NCBI GenBank assembly: GCA_965367815.1
Contig: CBDUKN010000001.1
Coordinates: forward strand, 160,001-224,000
Source of the DNA: an uncultured Thermoprotei archaeon
GTDB taxonomy: Archaea; Thermoproteota; Thermoprotei; Thermofilales; B15-G2
Direction of reading: 5' to 3'
DNA length: 64,000 nt
Part shown: in pieces, positions 17,685 through 27,409 of the stretch
How the letters are laid out: each line of letters opens with the position of its first letter
Position numbering within the stretch: position 1 is the stretch's first letter
Notes under the pieces: generated by a model
Told to the model about the DNA's origin: nothing
Database searches by the model: none
The model's input: only the letters and a program-made list of their open reading frames with translations
Position numbers and translations under genes: made by a program

Positions 17685-17756
17685 AGTTTAGTATGTAATA
17701 TGTATTAATTATTTTTAACGTTCACTGTTTTTTCGAGTTGACAAAAATATTTTTCT

Positions 17757-18779
17757 TTATGCTAAAGAAAATGCTAACTGCTTTTTAGCCATCGAGACTT
17801 TAAAGAGGGCTAAGCCTATGTGCTCAATGAAAAGAGAGTCTCTGTATACGTCTGCTTTACTCAGAACTTCACATGCTTCTTGTAGAAGCTTATTAACATG
17901 AAATATTATTGAGCGGCTTCCGCCTATTCTTTCCACTAAGTCTGCAAGAGTTTTTGTTTCTTCAATCTTATCCCATGCACGAGAGTACAGTAATAAGTAG
18001 TGATTGCTCCCAGCGTACTTTGGGACTTCCATAATAACTTTAATTGAAGGGGGTACTTTGAAGAAGTAGTCTTTGAAAATAGTAAATCTTCCCGCTTCTC
18101 TTAGTGTTCTCAGTAGTTCTGGAATTTTCTTAAAGTGATTCCATTTAGATTCCTCGATAACGGTAATTAAAATAGAGTTTTCATCTACAGTTCGCGCCTT
18201 CTCTTTATATTTCTTTAAAAGCTCTTCTTTACTAATATTTTGTTTTAGATACATTAGTAAATAGTAGCATAAGCCAGTATTTAAGTTGACTGCTGGAAGA
18301 CTGTCTCCGAGAACGTTTTCTACTTCAAAAACTTTCGTCGTAATTTCATGGTCTCTCCAGAGAACTAGGTACGTGTAGTCTTTTTCTCTTAAAGCAGAGA
18401 GTATCAGAGGGTTCCACGAATTATTTGGAAGATAAAAACCTTGAGGATGGACATTAAATGCCTTTACTACTGTATCTCGATTGACTGCTAAGAGAGATTC
18501 TAGAGCGTAGGGTGATAAAGCCTCTATATTTAGAGGAGAGGAAAAGGTAGTAACTATTTCGATAAAACTTGAAGCAGCCAAGTCTTCTAGTAGGTCTACA
18601 AGTCTACTTCTCTCTTTCATTAGGAAGTCAATAGTGTACTTAGTTACAGCAACGTTTACAGGTATTTCAAGAGAATAAAGCTCTTCGAGAGCATCTTCAA
18701 GAGCTCTTGCAGCATAATAGCGCGCAGGTTCAGGAAGGCTTAGTAGATCAAAATATAGTATTTGAGCTAAATATATCAC
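17757..18779 (-). CDS. Degenerate GH57/polysaccharide-deacetylase-like protein
   Basis: IEIVTTFSS and FNVHPQGFYLPNNSW resemble GH57 conserved regions but lack the catalytic Glu. Confidence 0.5.
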   Translation of the reverse strand: MIYLAQILYFDLLSLPEPARYYAARALEDALEELYSLEIPVNVAVTKYTIDFLMKERSRLVDLLEDLAASSFIEIVTTFSSPLNIEALSPYALESLLAVNRDTVVKAFNVHPQGFYLPNNSWNPLILSALREKDYTYLVLWRDHEITTKVFEVENVLGDSLPAVNLNTGLCYYLLMYLKQNISKEELLKKYKEKARTVDENSILITVIEESKWNHFKKIPELLRTLREAGRFTIFKDYFFKVPPSIKVIMEVPKYAGSNHYLLLYSRAWDKIEETKTLADLVERIGGSRSIIFHVNKLLQEACEVLSKADVYRDSLFIEHIGLALFKVSMAKKQLAFSLA

Positions 18780-18828
18780 AAGTACTTTTACTCAAGCAGT
18801 GATATATAATCTTCTTTACTTGGCTTCA

Positions 18829-19836
18829 CTAATATATTTCCTTAATATCTACAGGTCTCTGTTCTTTACTCGACTTGTAGGCAGCTTCAGTAAGCGCTAT
18901 TACTTGAAGAAAATCTTCTGCAGGCGATTTATTTTCCTCTAAGCCCAAGACACAATTAACGAAATTGTCATCAGGTGAACTGCCTTCAATAAGCCAGCTT
19001 CGAGTGTTAAACACTATTCTGTTGCCGTTTTCGTCAATAAACATCGTTTTGCCGTTTTCTATCCTCACAGCCGATCCTGTCTCCCCATAAAAGGTTTCGA
19101 TTTCGTACATGCCGGGAGGGCTATTTCCACAAATATTTAAGCTAGCTAAAACTCCGTCCTCGAGCTCTACAGTTACCAAGGCATATAAATCGACTTCAAA
19201 GTCTCCGCAGTCTACTTGCGCGTAGACTTTCTCAGGCTTTTTACCGGTAATCCAGAGAAGTATGTCTACTACATGGCTTCCTGAATCAAAGAACATACCT
19301 CCGTAGCCAAGTTTCTTCGATGCTCTCCAAGTACCTTTAGCTATGCTCTTCCAATTCTGGTCAAGGCATATTGTGACGAACTTAAGTCTACCTAGTTTTT
19401 CTCGAACAAGGTCTCTTGCTTTAATAAAGTTCTCAATAAATCTCCTCTGATAAGACACCAATACAACTAAATCTTTTCTCTTAGATACCTCTACGATGTC
19501 TTTTGCCTCTTTTACAGTACAGCATAAAGGCTTCTCTGACAGTACATGAAGTCCTCTCTTTAGTGCATACATTATCTGAGGATAGTGTAAGGTGTGAGGA
19601 GTGAAAATACAGACAGCGTCTAATCCTGCTTCATCGATCATTTGCTTATAGTCGCTATACAGCATATTCTTTGAGCGAGATGTATAGCCGTAGATTTCAC
19701 TGTAAAGTGCTTTAGCTTTATCTAAAACTACGTCGCAGAAACCGGCGATCTCTACATGAGGGTTTCTTCGGAGTCTTAAAGCATGGCCCCAGCTTATGCC
19801 GCCGCACCCTATTATTCCTATTTTTATTTTCCTCAT
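18829..19836 (-). CDS. Gfo/Idh/MocA family oxidoreductase
   Basis: IGIIGCGGI, TPHTLH, HVLSEKP, GGMFFDSGSH. Confidence 0.92.
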   Translation of the reverse strand: MRKIKIGIIGCGGISWGHALRLRRNPHVEIAGFCDVVLDKAKALYSEIYGYTSRSKNMLYSDYKQMIDEAGLDAVCIFTPHTLHYPQIMYALKRGLHVLSEKPLCCTVKEAKDIVEVSKRKDLVVLVSYQRRFIENFIKARDLVREKLGRLKFVTICLDQNWKSIAKGTWRASKKLGYGGMFFDSGSHVVDILLWITGKKPEKVYAQVDCGDFEVDLYALVTVELEDGVLASLNICGNSPPGMYEIETFYGETGSAVRIENGKTMFIDENGNRIVFNTRSWLIEGSSPDDNFVNCVLGLEENKSPAEDFLQVIALTEAAYKSSKEQRPVDIKEIY

Positions 19837-19922
19837 TCTACCATTAATGCACTTCTGTTTCCGAGAATAAATAACTACCAGCTATAGCTAAACTCTATTA
19901 ATATTTTTCGCGAACAATTTAT

Positions 19923-21005
19923 GTGAAGCCTGTCGAGTTAGCCGTAATAGTTGCAATAATACTTGCTCTACTCTTTATTATAGCGATTCTCGCTTTAATT
20001 ATTTTAGAGAAAGAAAAGAAAAGAGAAAAGGCAGATTTCACAGAAATCATCAAGGCTAACAGCAGACTTGAGAAGCTTAAAGTATATTTCATGGGATGGG
20101 TCGTTGAATACGATTCTAAAAGCAAGGATAATTTTTACCGTTATCACGATAAGTTTACATGGGTTTCGCCAACGTGGTATGTTTTTGGCGAGAACTTAAA
20201 GCTAATAGAGAAAGTCTACGATGAAGAGTTTGTGTCGAATTGTAGGAAATGGAGTGTTAAAATACTGCCTTTAATAGCGAATAAAGATTTTAGTCGAGGA
20301 ATAGTCCATAAAATTCTCTCTGATCCTGAGGTTCGGGAAAAAGCAGTAAATCAGATAGTTGAGATGGTGTTGAGTAGGGGATATGACGGTGTCAACATAG
20401 ATTTTGAAAACATACCTCCCGAAGACAGAGAAAATCTTACACTTTTCATGAAGCTTCTCCACGAGAAACTACATCCGCTAGGAAAGCTTGTCACAATAGA
20501 TGTACCGGCTAAAACTCAGCCCACGTATTCTGGCTGGAGCGGAGCATATGACTACAAAGCGCTAGCAAACTACAGCGACTTAGTAATTATTATGATATAT
20601 GATTATCATTGGGCGGGCGGAAGTCCGGGCCCTATTTCGCCGCTAGATTGGTTCAATGATGTACTTGATTATGCTCTTCAGACTATTCCTCGCGAAAAAA
20701 TAGTGGCAGGTATACCCTTCTATGGATATGACTGGCCTGAAGGAGGTAGGGGAAGAGGAGTAACTTATGCTATGGCTATTCGAATAGCTAATGAGAGCAA
20801 GGCATATGTGCACTTTGATTCAGAGAAAGGAGAAGCCTATTTCACTTACTATAAAGACAACATAAAGCACTATGTGTGGTTCCAGATCGCTAAAAGCACT
20901 GAGCTTAGAGTTAAAGCGGCTTTAAGTAAGGGTATAGATAAAGTAGCTGCGTGGAGAATAGGTCAAGAAGACCCGCTTACTTGGAACGTCATAGATAAGC
21001 CCTAA
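19923..21005 (+). CDS. GH18 glycoside hydrolase (chitinase/YaaH-like), N-terminally membrane anchored
   Basis: YDGVNIDFE (DxxDxDxE-like), MIYDYH, GIPFYGYDW, AAWRIGQED; N-terminal TM helix. Confidence 0.88.
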   Translation: MKPVELAVIVAIILALLFIIAILALIILEKEKKREKADFTEIIKANSRLEKLKVYFMGWVVEYDSKSKDNFYRYHDKFTWVSPTWYVFGENLKLIEKVYDEEFVSNCRKWSVKILPLIANKDFSRGIVHKILSDPEVREKAVNQIVEMVLSRGYDGVNIDFENIPPEDRENLTLFMKLLHEKLHPLGKLVTIDVPAKTQPTYSGWSGAYDYKALANYSDLVIIMIYDYHWAGGSPGPISPLDWFNDVLDYALQTIPREKIVAGIPFYGYDWPEGGRGRGVTYAMAIRIANESKAYVHFDSEKGEAYFTYYKDNIKHYVWFQIAKSTELRVKAALSKGIDKVAAWRIGQEDPLTWNVIDKP

Positions 21006-21044
21006 AGTCTTAGACTATATATAGTTTAAGAGAGCGTTTTCTTT

Positions 21045-22154
21045 ATGAGCACAGTTTACCTGTTAAGCTACATTATTAAGGAATTTAAAGCTGAGTACAG
21101 TCCTGTAGCAAGGCTTAGAGAATTAATGTATAGAGCCGGTATAAGAGATGTTATCAGCGAAGGAGATACTGTAGCTATAAAAACCCACTTTGGCTCGCCC
21201 GGCGGATTTCGTATAGTTAGACCAATTTTCTTGAAGAAAATAGTCGAGGTAGTTAAAGAACTAGGCGGTAAGCCTTTTGTAACTGATACATGTAGGCCTC
21301 CTGCACTAGACTACTTGGAGATAGCCAACGCTGAGGGAATAAATCACTTGTCTGTAGGAGCTCCTGTCATTATAGCTGATGGACTCAAAGGAAACGACTA
21401 CAGGTTAATGAAAATCAACGGTGAAGTACTGAAGGAAGTAGAAGTAGCTTCAGCTATCTATGAGGCTGATGCAATGATCGTAGTTTCGCACGTTAAGGGC
21501 CACCGTATGGCGGGCTTTGGTGGCGCACTTAAGAACTTAGCTATGGGATGTACTGCCAAGCCCGGGAAGAGGAGAATACACGATGTTCTGGGAGGAGAGC
21601 CGCCAGTCTGGCGCGAAGAGAAGTGCACTAGGTGTGGCGCATGTGTTTCAGCATGTGACCACAAGGCTATAGCGCTTGTAGACGGAAAAATAGTCATTGA
21701 CGAAGAGAAGTGTGTCAGGTGCTACAGATGTGTATGGGTTTGTCCGAACAGAGCTCTAGTATGGGATAGGAGAGGAGTAGAGAGATTTCTTAAAGCTATA
21801 GCTGAAGCGGCAGCGGCTGTAGTAAATACATTTAAGGAGGGGAAGATACTTTACTTGAATTTTGTCTGCGATGTAACAGTAGCCTGTGACTGTACGCCTT
21901 GGTCTACAAACCCTCTAGTACCAGACATAGGTATACTCTCGTCGAAAGATGCAGTAGCCATAGACACTGCTTCACTAGACTTAATCAATAAGGCTGAAGG
22001 TATTCCAGGGCAAACGCTGCCAGGGAAAGTAGAAGTACTGCCAGCTAATGTCAATAAGTTTCTCGAAGTCCACGGCATAGACCCATATATACAAGTGTGT
22101 CACGGAGAAAAAATAGGACTAGGGTCAACTAAGTACAAAATAGTAGAAATCTAA
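21045..22154 (+). CDS. DUF362 domain Fe-S protein with inserted 2[4Fe-4S] ferredoxin
   Basis: VAIKTHFG, SHVKGH, GGALKNLAMG, two CxxCxxCxxxC motifs, CDC, DAVAID. Confidence 0.9.
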   Translation: MSTVYLLSYIIKEFKAEYSPVARLRELMYRAGIRDVISEGDTVAIKTHFGSPGGFRIVRPIFLKKIVEVVKELGGKPFVTDTCRPPALDYLEIANAEGINHLSVGAPVIIADGLKGNDYRLMKINGEVLKEVEVASAIYEADAMIVVSHVKGHRMAGFGGALKNLAMGCTAKPGKRRIHDVLGGEPPVWREEKCTRCGACVSACDHKAIALVDGKIVIDEEKCVRCYRCVWVCPNRALVWDRRGVERFLKAIAEAAAAVVNTFKEGKILYLNFVCDVTVACDCTPWSTNPLVPDIGILSSKDAVAIDTASLDLINKAEGIPGQTLPGKVEVLPANVNKFLEVHGIDPYIQVCHGEKIGLGSTKYKIVEI

Positions 22155-23002
22155 AGTTTTAAGAGAAGTCGAGAGAGTTCTTCGAGAGCTTTAGCTGAAG
22201 GCGAGTCAGGATAGGCTTCTACTACGGTTTTTCCCTGAATATACGCTTTAACTAACTTATCATCGTAAGGAATCTTATAGCTTTCAGGGGCTATTTCTTC
22301 GAGCTCTTTGTAAGTTCCTCCAGGCAGACCGTACTTATTCACTACAACAATAAGCTTTTTCCCGTAGAGGTTCACTAGTTTCTTAAACTTTGCTAAGTCG
22401 TGGACTCCTAGTCTACTGGGCTCGGTTACTGCTATAACTAAGTCTGCGTGCTTAATAGCCTCGGCTACCGAAAAGCCTGTTCCTGGAGGACAGTCTATTA
22501 GCGTAATACCGTAGTGGCTAGATTTTGCAAGAATTTCTCGCATAGCTTCTTCAGCTACTTCATGGTATTTGCGGCTACCGGGCTTCAGCTCCCCTATAAT
22601 TAAGTCTAAGTTTTCTCTACTGCCTGTCTTTAAGTAGCCTATAACAGTTCTTCCTTCACGTATAGCCTGATTAGGGCATACAGCTTCACATAGACCACAG
22701 CCTTCGCACAGTGTTTCAACGAAAATAATCTTTTTCCCTGGAATAACTACAAGTGCGTGTACAGGACAGTAGCTTGCACATAAACCGCATAACTTGCACG
22801 TAGATTCATCTATGATTGGTCTGTATGCGTACACTTCTCTAAGTAGTTTGGGCTCTATACCTAGCAAAGTGTATGAACATGGATTATCTACATCGATGTC
22901 TCCCAATAGAACTTTAGTCTGCTTAGATAGTAGAAAAGCTAGAGAAGCTGTTACAGTAGTTTTTCCTGTTCCTCCTTTACCACCAGCTATAGCTACTATC
23001 AC
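22151..23002 (-). CDS. MinD-superfamily P-loop ATPase with inserted ferredoxin (COG1149-like)
   Basis: GKGGTGKT, DIDVDNP, two CxxCxxCxxxC motifs, DCPPGTG, VTEPS. Confidence 0.9.
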   Translation of the reverse strand: MIVAIAGGKGGTGKTTVTASLAFLLSKQTKVLLGDIDVDNPCSYTLLGIEPKLLREVYAYRPIIDESTCKLCGLCASYCPVHALVVIPGKKIIFVETLCEGCGLCEAVCPNQAIREGRTVIGYLKTGSRENLDLIIGELKPGSRKYHEVAEEAMREILAKSSHYGITLIDCPPGTGFSVAEAIKHADLVIAVTEPSRLGVHDLAKFKKLVNLYGKKLIVVVNKYGLPGGTYKELEEIAPESYKIPYDDKLVKAYIQGKTVVEAYPDSPSAKALEELSRLLLKL

Positions 23003-23099
23003 TTTCTCACCTGCTTTCTCTAAGCTTTCTTAGTAGCTGAACTGACTTAAATAGCATATGCACAGAATTAAGAAACTAGTGTACTATACTAAGTTAAGG

Positions 23100-23975
23100 C
23101 TACTTGCTTACAATATCTAATATCTTCTCAAAAGCGTTTTCTAGAAGTGGCTTTAGAGAGCTCTTTGTAGCCAAGAGTGGCGTCATCATAGAATATGACT
23201 CGACAATGTCTCTGCTATAAGGCACTTTCCCGACAACTTCTATTCCCAAGAGATCGCCTATTTTTGCTGAAAAATCGGGGTTTATGTCGTATTTATTTAC
23301 TATACAGACAGACTTTACTCCAAGTGTTTCAGCTACTTTGAGTAGTCTTTGGGAGCCTTTAACGCTCTGAGGTGTTGGTTCGACAACAATAACAAGGAGA
23401 TCTGCTCCGCTAATACTTGATACTACTGGACACCCTATTCCAGGCGCTGAGTCGACAATAACGTATCCTGAGTTAAGAAAGCTTCGTGCAAGTTTTTTAA
23501 GCTCGTATACTAGTCTGCCGCTAGTCCCTCCACCTAACTCTAAGTCGCCGGTAACAACTTTTATTCCGAAGGCAGATTCAGCTACGTAAATTACTCCCGT
23601 TTTAGCTTCTTTCAGCGAGATTGCTTGAGCAGGACATATTACGGCACACGCACCTAGACCTTCGCACTTACTGTAGTCTACTACAGGGCCTTTTTCTCCT
23701 ATAGTGATGGCGCCGAATTTACAGAAATTGACGCATTTCCAGCACTTAGTGCATTTAGTGTAATCTATTACGGGCCTATATGAGCCATAGTATTCTTCGG
23801 CAGATATTCGGCTTTTTTCTCCACCTAAAGCCAGAATCAAGTCTGGGGCTTCTACATCAGCGTCTACTGCAATTACTTCTCCTAGCTTTTTGCGGATAAA
23901 GTAAGCTAAGTTAGAGGAGATAAATGTTTTTCCTGTGCCTCCTTTACCGCTGGCAACTGCTATTTCTTTAATCAA
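23100..23975 (-). CDS. MinD-superfamily P-loop ATPase with inserted ferredoxin (COG1149-like)
   Basis: SGKGGTGKT, DADVEAPD, ferredoxin cysteines, DSAPGIGCPV, VVEPT. Confidence 0.9.
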   Translation of the reverse strand: MIKEIAVASGKGGTGKTFISSNLAYFIRKKLGEVIAVDADVEAPDLILALGGEKSRISAEEYYGSYRPVIDYTKCTKCWKCVNFCKFGAITIGEKGPVVDYSKCEGLGACAVICPAQAISLKEAKTGVIYVAESAFGIKVVTGDLELGGGTSGRLVYELKKLARSFLNSGYVIVDSAPGIGCPVVSSISGADLLVIVVEPTPQSVKGSQRLLKVAETLGVKSVCIVNKYDINPDFSAKIGDLLGIEVVGKVPYSRDIVESYSMMTPLLATKSSLKPLLENAFEKILDIVSK

Positions 23976-24274
23976 CGTGTCTCACCGAGTACTTTATCTA
24001 TAGCTTCCTTTACTTTAGCAGGATCTGCTTCTCTCAGAAAAAGTATTTTCTCTCTGCTTCTCATACCTTTAATAATAGCTATTTGACTTACATTTAATGC
24101 TTTCCTGAGAAATCGAAGTAACTCCATGTTTGCTTTTCCTCCAGTAGGAGACGCTTTAACTTCTATTACAAGGTAATCTCCTTCAACGCCGACTATTCTA
24201 TTTTCTTTAGCGCGAGGCTTAACTAGTACCCTCAAGAAAACACCGTCTCTATCTTCTATAAGATAATTTGCCAT
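23972..24274 (-). CDS. DUF167/YggU family protein
   Basis: VKPRAK, ASPTGGKANMEL, KGMRSREK. Confidence 0.9.
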   Translation of the reverse strand: MANYLIEDRDGVFLRVLVKPRAKENRIVGVEGDYLVIEVKASPTGGKANMELLRFLRKALNVSQIAIIKGMRSREKILFLREADPAKVKEAIDKVLGETR

Positions 24275-24314
24275 ACATATTAGTTAGGAACTAAAGGTAT
24301 AAGAAGCTTATAGT

Positions 24315-24992
24315 TTAAAGAAAATGACCTAAGAAAACTCCTATAAGCGATACAAGTAGCCCTGAAATTAGCATACATAGTCCGTACTTCAGTACATTTT
24401 CGTCGGAGACTCGCGCTAAGAAAGCTCCAAGCGAGAACAGCAAGATGCTTGTTAAAGTAACTGAGCCTATTAAAGCGTAATCTATTGGTACAATAGAGTA
24501 TATTGCTAGAATAAAGGGAGCTACCGATATTACTGAGAAAAGCATTGGGGCAAAAGCGTCTATTAGTGCGGCTAGAATAGTCACTACGTCTACTGCCTGC
24601 TTAAGCACGCTGTCTTCTAGGCTTGTAAAAAGACTTCTCTCTAAATCTTTTATTTCTCTGATCCTTTCGGCTCTCTCGGTAATAAATGCTCCTACGAAAC
24701 CTGAAATACTCATAGCTATGCTCGCGCCTATACTAGCTCCTACAATGAACTTAGGGTCCAGCGAGTGCGTCATATAGGAGCCCATAATGATGCCCATTAC
24801 TGTCATTATGCCGTCAAAGCCGTTCATAATGAAGTATCTTCTCAGTATTCCTCCAGCGTTAAGTAGGTTTACGTAGAGTTTAAGGTTTTTCAGCAGTGAG
24901 TTATTTAAGGCTAAGCCGTTTCCCTTATTTCTTCTTCTCCTATTAATAGAATCTGTGTCTTTAGACATAAACCTGAGTCCTCTGCGCGTCAA
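24315..24992 (-). CDS. VIT1/CCC1-like membrane protein
   Basis: RRYFIMNGFDG, GAFITERAER; multiple TM helices; true start may lie downstream. Confidence 0.8.
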   Translation of the reverse strand: MTRRGLRFMSKDTDSINRRRRNKGNGLALNNSLLKNLKLYVNLLNAGGILRRYFIMNGFDGIMTVMGIIMGSYMTHSLDPKFIVGASIGASIAMSISGFVGAFITERAERIREIKDLERSLFTSLEDSVLKQAVDVVTILAALIDAFAPMLFSVISVAPFILAIYSIVPIDYALIGSVTLTSILLFSLGAFLARVSDENVLKYGLCMLISGLLVSLIGVFLGHFL

Positions 24993-25056
24993 GCAAATAT
25001 ATAATAGGTTTAAAAGATTTAAGTTTTATTGCTTCAATCTCTCATAAAAACTATGT

Positions 25057-25500
25057 CTACGTTGTTATTCCTAACCGTCTTAGAGCCTCTGAGAGCGGTA
25101 TACCCGGCGGAACAATCTCTACTCTCACTCCTGCTTGCTGCAAAACAAAGCTTATATTTGGGCCTAAACGGGGAGCTATTACTAGCTTAACTCCGCTTGC
25201 CACAATCCATTGTCCTAACCCCATTCCTGCTCCATGAGGAGCAGTAGCGTAGGGGTTTTCTAGAATTTTAAGGTTTACTACTTTGCCTCCAACTGTGTCT
25301 ACTACAGCTATTAACGGTGCTCTAGCGAACCTGAAAGATATGGGTGAGTTTAAGCCTACATTGGAGTCTACTGTAGCCACGATTCTTAGTCCATTAGGAG
25401 GCGGGGGAGGAAGAGGCGGTAAAGTGGGCAGAGGTCCCCATCCTCTTCCTCTACTCCATCCTCTTCCAAAACCTCTTCCGTAGGGAGGAGGGTATGTCAC
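25057..25500 (-). CDS. NifB/NifX family metal-cluster binding protein with Gly/Arg/Pro-rich N-terminus
   Basis: ISFRFARAP, ENPY...GAG, GPN...LQQAGV. Confidence 0.8.
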   Translation of the reverse strand: MTYPPPYGRGFGRGWSRGRGWGPLPTLPPLPPPPPNGLRIVATVDSNVGLNSPISFRFARAPLIAVVDTVGGKVVNLKILENPYATAPHGAGMGLGQWIVASGVKLVIAPRLGPNISFVLQQAGVRVEIVPPGIPLSEALRRLGITT

Positions 25501-25530
25501 AGAAAAATATGCATTTGCACATTATTAAAA

Positions 25531-27408
25531 TTAGCGTACTTTACTCAAGAGTTTTTCTCCTATTTCTTTTAAGCCGAGGTCTTCTAAAAGCTCTTTAGTG
25601 GGAACGCCGTTTTCGTCCCATTTGCGGTACTCGTAGTACTCTTTAAGCATAGGCTCTAGCTCGACAACTTGACCAGCAGCTCCTCCTTCTTTAAGAGGCT
25701 CTTTGAGAAGACGTTCTGGCAGAGTGTCGTCTTTAGACGTGTAGCCGCAGGCTATATTGAATAGTCTCTTTAGGTTAAACGACCTAGCGCCTGCCTTGAG
25801 TAGTTCTGGTAGGAGTGTTTTTCTGCCAGTAACCATGCTGTACATGGCTGCTACGTGCGCTGGAGGTATGGCCAGGAACTTGCATATTATCATAGACTCT
25901 AGTACTTCGTGCCAGTCCTGCATAATAGCGACTATTCTGCCTTTACCTTCTACAGCGAAGCGGTCTACTCTCTCGTATATTTTTAAGTCGTGCATACGTT
26001 CTCCCTGCTCTATTCTTAGGACGAATCCCTGGAGGTGGCAGGCACCTCTATTTGATGTAGCGTACTGGAGCCCCATACCTTTAAAGGCGCGTGGATCATG
26101 CATAGGTACTTCAAGTCCCTTTACGTGCATAGCGTATTTCTCAGAGCCTCTGCCTATTGTCTTAGAGGCTAGCCTACTTCCCTCGCCTAAAAGCTTACCG
26201 AATCCTTCACGTTCACTGATCATTTTAATTAACTTAAGTAGTAGTTCTCCGTCGCCCCACTTCAGCTCTAAGCCTCCAGTATCCTCTTTAGTTATGATTC
26301 CTTTCTCGTAGCACTCAATAGCCCAGGCTATAGTTACGCCGGTTGAGATAACGTCTATTCCGTATCTATTGCAGAGCTCGTTTGCCTTAGCTATTACATG
26401 CGGATCATCTATTAAGAGAGTAGAGCCTAGCGAAGCGACAGCTTCGTACTCGGGGCCTCTGACTTTAAGTCCGTCTACTTCAACTACTCTCCAGCAACCA
26501 ATAGGGCAGTTATAGCATGCTCTATGCTTAACGACAATTGTTTTAGCGAGGCTTTCGCCCTTAAGCTTCTCTATTCCTTCCCACGCTCCTAGGCTAAAGT
26601 TCTTTATAGGCATGTCGCCATACTCGTAGAAAACCTCTACTTCGCCCGCAGTACCGTAGGCAGCCTGTATTTGTGTTGAAGGGAAAGACATTATGAGCGG
26701 AAGCAGTCTCCTAATAAGGTGTCTTAAGCGGTTCGGGTCGGCCATAGAGATAGAGCCGGAGCCTTTGACAGCTATCGCTTTGAGTTTCTTAGAACCCATT
26801 ACGGCGCCCATACCTGTTCTGCCGGCTACTCGAGGGCCTTCAGGCTCAGGCTCAACTGTAATGCAGGCGTAGCGCACCAGTTTTTCTCCAGCAGGTCCTA
26901 TACACGCTACTTTGACTTTATCGTCGCCAGTATCCTGTTTTACAAGTCCATCTGTTTCACGGGTATCTTTACCCCATATTTTAGAAGCGTCTCTTATCTC
27001 GACTTCAGAGTCCTTAATGTATATGTAGACAGGGTCCTTTGAAGACCCTTTAACGACTACTCCGTCAAAACCAGCCTTTTTAAGCTCTATTCCCCAGAAA
27101 CCGCTTGAGTGCGCTTCACCCCAACCTAGTGTTAAAGGAGATTTAGCAGCAACCGCGAATCTACCAGTACACGGAACATATGTCCCTGTGAGAGGGCCTG
27201 TCATGAAAACAAGAGTATTCTCGGGACTAAAGGGATCTATTGAAGGATCTACTTCCTCACAGACTATTTTCGCCGCTAAGCCCGTGCCTCCTATAAACAT
27301 TAATTCTTCTTCTTCAGAAAGTTCTCTAACCCAAGTTTTCTCCTTAGATAAATCAATATAAAGTAATTTACCACAATACCCCAAAAGCTTCCCGCCCATG
27401 TAGCTCAC
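25531..27408 (-). CDS. aor: Tungsten-containing aldehyde:ferredoxin oxidoreductase family protein
   Basis: CIGPAGE, GRTGMGAVMGSKKLKAI, CYNCPIGC, GPEYE, GIDVIS, RGACH, YYEYRKWDENGVP. Confidence 0.92.
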   Translation of the reverse strand: MSYMGGKLLGYCGKLLYIDLSKEKTWVRELSEEEELMFIGGTGLAAKIVCEEVDPSIDPFSPENTLVFMTGPLTGTYVPCTGRFAVAAKSPLTLGWGEAHSSGFWGIELKKAGFDGVVVKGSSKDPVYIYIKDSEVEIRDASKIWGKDTRETDGLVKQDTGDDKVKVACIGPAGEKLVRYACITVEPEPEGPRVAGRTGMGAVMGSKKLKAIAVKGSGSISMADPNRLRHLIRRLLPLIMSFPSTQIQAAYGTAGEVEVFYEYGDMPIKNFSLGAWEGIEKLKGESLAKTIVVKHRACYNCPIGCWRVVEVDGLKVRGPEYEAVASLGSTLLIDDPHVIAKANELCNRYGIDVISTGVTIAWAIECYEKGIITKEDTGGLELKWGDGELLLKLIKMISEREGFGKLLGEGSRLASKTIGRGSEKYAMHVKGLEVPMHDPRAFKGMGLQYATSNRGACHLQGFVLRIEQGERMHDLKIYERVDRFAVEGKGRIVAIMQDWHEVLESMIICKFLAIPPAHVAAMYSMVTGRKTLLPELLKAGARSFNLKRLFNIACGYTSKDDTLPERLLKEPLKEGGAAGQVVELEPMLKEYYEYRKWDENGVPTKELLEDLGLKEIGEKLLSKVR

Positions 27409-27409
27409 C

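Noticed and set aside
22151-23975. MinD-like ATPases as a Min system partnering the FtsZ triad
   Set aside because: Both carry inserted ferredoxin domains (COG1149 type), sit 7 kb away among metal-cluster genes, and are not division-type MinD.
25420-25500. GC-rich low-complexity stretch as an RNA gene or repeat
   Set aside because: Explained by the Gly/Arg/Pro-rich N-terminus of the NifX-like protein.
25757-26311. Long antisense ORFs (e.g. 25757-26311, 43563-44090, 12490-12975, 62052-62561)
   Set aside because: They lie wholly opposite well-supported genes and are Ser/Pro/Ile-rich shadows with no motifs.
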